DNA of 7,268 bases from a virus: IMG/VR virus record IMGVR_UViG_3300008807_000984, positions 1-7,268 of that record, one strand, 5' to 3'. Below, in pieces: positions 5,809 through 7,268 of this stretch. The notes below the pieces were generated by a model. The model saw only the letters and a list, made by a program, of their open reading frames with translations, ran no database searches and had not been told where the DNA came from. The position numbers and the translations under genes were made by a program. Numbering within the stretch: position 1 is the stretch's first letter; each line of letters begins with the position of its first letter.

Positions 5809-5846
5809 ATGTGAGAGTTAGTTGCAGTGGTACTAGCACTGCAACT
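5801..5846. promoter_or_regulatory. Two adjacent dyads at the rep 5' end: an 18-bp perfect palindrome and a 10-bp-stem hairpin
   Basis: actctcacatgtgagagt (5801-5818) is a perfect palindrome containing the rep GTG. agttgcagtg-gtactag-cactgcaact (5820-5846) is a perfect 10-bp stem with a 7-nt loop. Both were read directly. Confidence 0.6.
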
Positions 5847-5866
5847 CGAAAACCGACCGTTTCCGG

Positions 5867-6067
5867 TCATGCCGCAGGCACCCCGGCAAGCTGCAATTGA
5901 TCGCCGCGCAGCGCATCCGAATCCCGACAGACGAGCGGCTGATGGCCAGCACAGTAAGCAGTCACGTCAGTCAGCGTGCCAACCCGAGAACAAAGCGCCT
6001 GACCCCTGGCCGGCGCAGTCGGCTTGCGAGCGTGCCGGCAGTTGAGACATTGCGCGTGCTCGCTCAC
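5867..6067 (-). CDS. Hypothetical small Cys-rich protein (66 aa from GTG 6067; 69 aa from GTG 6076)
   Basis: GTG 6067 forms GTGA with the upstream stop. The protein contains CLNC plus three further Cys. The stop at 5867-5869 precedes the rep-proximal hairpins. No family recognised. Confidence 0.45.
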   Translation of the reverse strand: MSEHAQCLNCRHARKPTAPARGQALCSRVGTLTDVTAYCAGHQPLVCRDSDALRGDQLQLAGVPAA

Positions 6068-6330
6068 TGTGCCCACTCCGACCCGTCAATGCCGCCGCAC
6101 ACATACGCGACATGTTGATCCGCCGTGAAATCCCCGACATCCAGGCAGCGACCCGTCGCACCCTCCACGAAACCACGCCAGTAAGCCAAGCGCAGCTCAC
6201 GCGGAAAAGCCTTGGCCAGCCGTTGAGCTTGCCTGCGAGCAATCACACCAAAAGCCACCAGATCAGGATGAGTCAGCGAGAACTCATCCACGCCCCGAAC
6301 AGTCACGCTCACGACCTCAGGCGCGTTCAC
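6064..6330 (-). CDS. Hypothetical 88-aa protein (GTG start coupled to the ssb stop)
   Basis: GTG 6330 overlaps the ssb TGA (GTGA). Composition looks globular (VNAPEVVSVTVRGVDEFSLTHPDLVAFGVIARRQAQRLAKAF...). The 158-aa track ORF would overlap ssb by 214 nt, and its extension is Arg/Gly/Ala-rich and junk-like. No family recognised. Confidence 0.5.
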   Translation of the reverse strand: MNAPEVVSVTVRGVDEFSLTHPDLVAFGVIARRQAQRLAKAFPRELRLAYWRGFVEGATGRCLDVGDFTADQHVAYVCGGIDGSEWAQ

Positions 6331-6635
6331 GCCGCAGACCTCGTCGCTGCGACCGTGGCCGAGGTAGCCGGCTTCAGCCGGAGACGCAGATCGAGCATGC
6401 GGAACCGATCCACGAAGAACGACGACGGGCAAATCGTATAGCTCCCAGGCGGGTAGGGCGCTTGGGTGTCCTCCAGACCGACCACCACCCGCTCGGGATG
6501 CGGCCGGACACGGCCCTCTTTGTCGCAGGTATGCACCCACGCCTCTTGCTCCCGAATGCTGTACTTCTTGCCGGTGCGCTGGCTCACACCCTCCTTGGTG
6601 ACGACTTCCGCACTGCTGATTTCCACTCGTAACAT
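6327..6635 (-). CDS. ssDNA-binding protein, inovirus G5P-like
   Basis: 102 aa, ATG at 6635 with AAGGGG-N7 SD. The sequence pattern MLRVEISSAEVVTKEGVSQRTGKKYSIREQEAWVH...PPGSYTICPSSFFVDRF...LRLKPA runs parallel to the Pf3-type ssDNA-binding protein as I recall it (short beta-rich OB fold, P-x-GSY motif, basic C-terminus). It is the first gene of the leftward operon. Confidence 0.75.
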   Translation of the reverse strand: MLRVEISSAEVVTKEGVSQRTGKKYSIREQEAWVHTCDKEGRVRPHPERVVVGLEDTQAPYPPGSYTICPSSFFVDRFRMLDLRLRLKPATSATVAATRSAA

Positions 6636-6664
6636 TTGCTTGCCCCTTGCGTTAGTTGGTAGGC

Positions 6665-6680
6665 GTCCGGCGAACCGGAC
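6665..6680. promoter_or_regulatory. Operator-like dyad O1: gtccgg-cgaa-ccggac
   Basis: Perfect 6-4-6 inverted repeat, located just downstream of the putative -10 of the leftward promoter, around the predicted transcription start. Confidence 0.4.
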
Positions 6681-6686
6681 ACCGCA

Positions 6687-6715
6687 ACGATAGTCCTGTC
6701 AGCCGGACGTTGCAA
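6687..6715 (-). promoter_or_regulatory. Putative leftward promoter of the ssb-to-zot operon
   Basis: Minus strand: TTGCAA (6715-6710), a 17-nt spacer, then TATCGT (6692-6687). The spacer is filled by dyad O2 (6693-6708). Confidence 0.4.
6693..6708. promoter_or_regulatory. Operator-like dyad O2: gtcctg-tcag-ccggac
   Basis: It has the same 6-4-6 geometry as O1 with one mismatch, 28 bp centre-to-centre from O1. It lies exactly within the -35/-10 spacer of the leftward promoter and abuts the shared TTGCAA. Confidence 0.35.
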
Positions 6716-6737
6716 GTCCTGCGAGAAGGTCTACGAT
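6710..6737 (+). promoter_or_regulatory. Putative rightward promoter of the repressor gene, sharing the palindromic -35 hexamer
   Basis: Plus strand: TTGCAA (6710-6715), a 16-nt spacer, then TACGAT (6732-6737). This predicts a start near 6744, which would favour the ATG at 6772 (SD AGGAG at 6759-6763) over the ATG at 6736. Confidence 0.35.
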
Positions 6738-6771
6738 GAAGAAGCAGAGTTGTGCAGTAGGAGAAACAGAA

Positions 6772-7173
6772 ATGACCCCAAGCGATTATCTCGACGCAGC
6801 GAAGCAAGCTATGGGCATCGCAAGCGACTACGAATTGGCGAAGCGACTCGATGTCCGCAGGCAGAGAATCAGCGCCTACAGAAACGGCACCGACTGGCCG
6901 GAAAATTACGTCGTCATGAAGATCGCCATAGCCCTGAACCTAGACCCGGTGGGCGTTCTAGCCGATTTGGAAAGCCAGAAGGAGAAGCGACCCGAACGCG
7001 CCGCATTCTGGAAGTCTTTTCTATCGCGTGCCGCCCTGCTGGCAGTCTTGGCGTGCACGCTGGCGTGGATTTCTACCGATATTTCGCTGCCCGGACTCGC
7101 GCGGATTTCTGGCGGAAGCGGGACTGACTATGCCGATGGACTTCGTATAATTTGGAGTTACGTAAGCCCATAG
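6772..7173 (+). CDS. HTH (Cro/C1-XRE-like) phage repressor with C-terminal hydrophobic helix; alternative start ATG 6736
   Basis: This is the only plus-strand gene and it diverges from the structural operon, as rstR does in CTXphi. The HTH-like segment is IASDYELAKRLDVRRQRISAYRNG. A hydrophobic stretch, AALLAVLACTLAWI, lies near the C-terminus. AGGAG-N8-ATG at 6772. The region is visibly lower in GC than the rest of the genome. The stop TAG (7171-7173) lies within the terminal repeat. Confidence 0.75.
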   Translation: MTPSDYLDAAKQAMGIASDYELAKRLDVRRQRISAYRNGTDWPENYVVMKIAIALNLDPVGVLADLESQKEKRPERAAFWKSFLSRAALLAVLACTLAWISTDISLPGLARISGGSGTDYADGLRIIWSYVSP

Positions 7174-7268
7174 CTATCGAATCGTGAAACACGATTGCAA
7201 GAAATCATGAAACCCTCTGCACGCATACGCTCCTGCCGATGGCTGCGTGTCGCTGTCTAAACGCAGTC
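7170..7268. repeat. Right copy of the 99-nt terminal direct repeat
   Basis: Base-for-base identical to 1-99 (offset 7,169). It contains the repressor stop codon TAG at 7171-7173 (equivalent to nt 2-4). Confidence 0.95.

Larger units (their letters stand above)
1..7169 (-). mobile_element. Complete filamentous-phage (Inoviridae-like) genome unit, period 7,169 nt; most genes on the minus strand
   Basis: Exact 99-nt overlap of the window ends. Canonical inovirus gene set in canonical order: ssb, Rep, major coat, pIII-like, pVI-like, Zot/pI, plus a divergent repressor. Genes are chained by overlapping stop/start codons. Confidence 0.85.

Noticed and set aside
909-5814. Very long plus-strand ORFs (909-1688, 1075-2280, 1815-2684, 2281-2955, 3870-4508, 4163-4873, 4969-5814; up to 401 aa)
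   Set aside because: They lie antisense to well-supported minus-strand genes. Their translations are Pro/Arg/Ala/Thr-rich low-complexity strings without motifs. The plus strand is so T-poor that stop codons (all of which begin with T) are rare, so long shadow ORFs are expected by composition alone.
6331-6540. N-terminal extension of the 158-aa track ORF (6064-6540)
   Set aside because: It would overlap the ssb gene by 214 nt in another frame, and the extension is Arg/Gly/Ala-rich. A GTG forming GTGA with the ssb stop gives a clean coupled 88-aa ORF instead.
7139-7168. dif-like (XerCD attP) candidate acttcgtataa-tttgga-gttacgtaagc at the 3' end of the repressor gene
   Set aside because: Only one arm resembles the dif arm (about 9/11 to the Xanthomonas-type ATTTCGCATAA as I recall it). 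The other arm matches at 6-7 of 11 at best, in either orientation. This is too weak to call without the host dif sequence.
1-7268. tRNA, rRNA, CRISPR arrays, IS elements, toxin-antitoxin pairs
   Set aside because: I found no cloverleaf-like or repeat-spacer structures, no terminal inverted repeats with a transposase, and no recognisable TA gene pair on either strand.

Overview
The window holds one complete, circularly closed unit of a small high-GC filamentous phage (inovirus-like). Nt 1-99 recur exactly at 7170-7268 and the repeat runs off the right edge, so the period is 7,169 nt. This could be a circular RF/episome or a wrapped or tandem prophage copy. Eleven minus-strand genes are tightly packed. 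In transcription order (high to low coordinates) they are: G5P-like ssDNA-binding protein, two small ORFs, rolling-circle Rep (gpII/X, Phage_CRI-like), major coat protein, two tail-anchored Cys-containing proteins, a pIII-like adsorption protein, a pVI-like protein, the Zot/pI assembly ATPase, and an 82-aa ORF with its own promoter. One plus-strand gene, an HTH repressor, is transcribed divergently from the ssb operon across a 100-bp switch region with dyad repeats. About 550 nt (1-552) are non-coding and full of GC-rich hairpins, short direct repeats and two homopolymer C8/G8 tracts. I see no secretin (pIV), integrase, tRNA, rRNA or CRISPR. The points most worth follow-up are the 82-aa cargo ORF at the ctxAB-equivalent position, a coat-protein paralog carrying an N-terminal ectodomain, the shared-hexamer divergent promoter switch, an f1-origin-like dyad downstream of zot, and the G8 tracts. 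All family assignments come from motif and architecture recognition by eye. No database search was possible, so novelty cannot be asserted.
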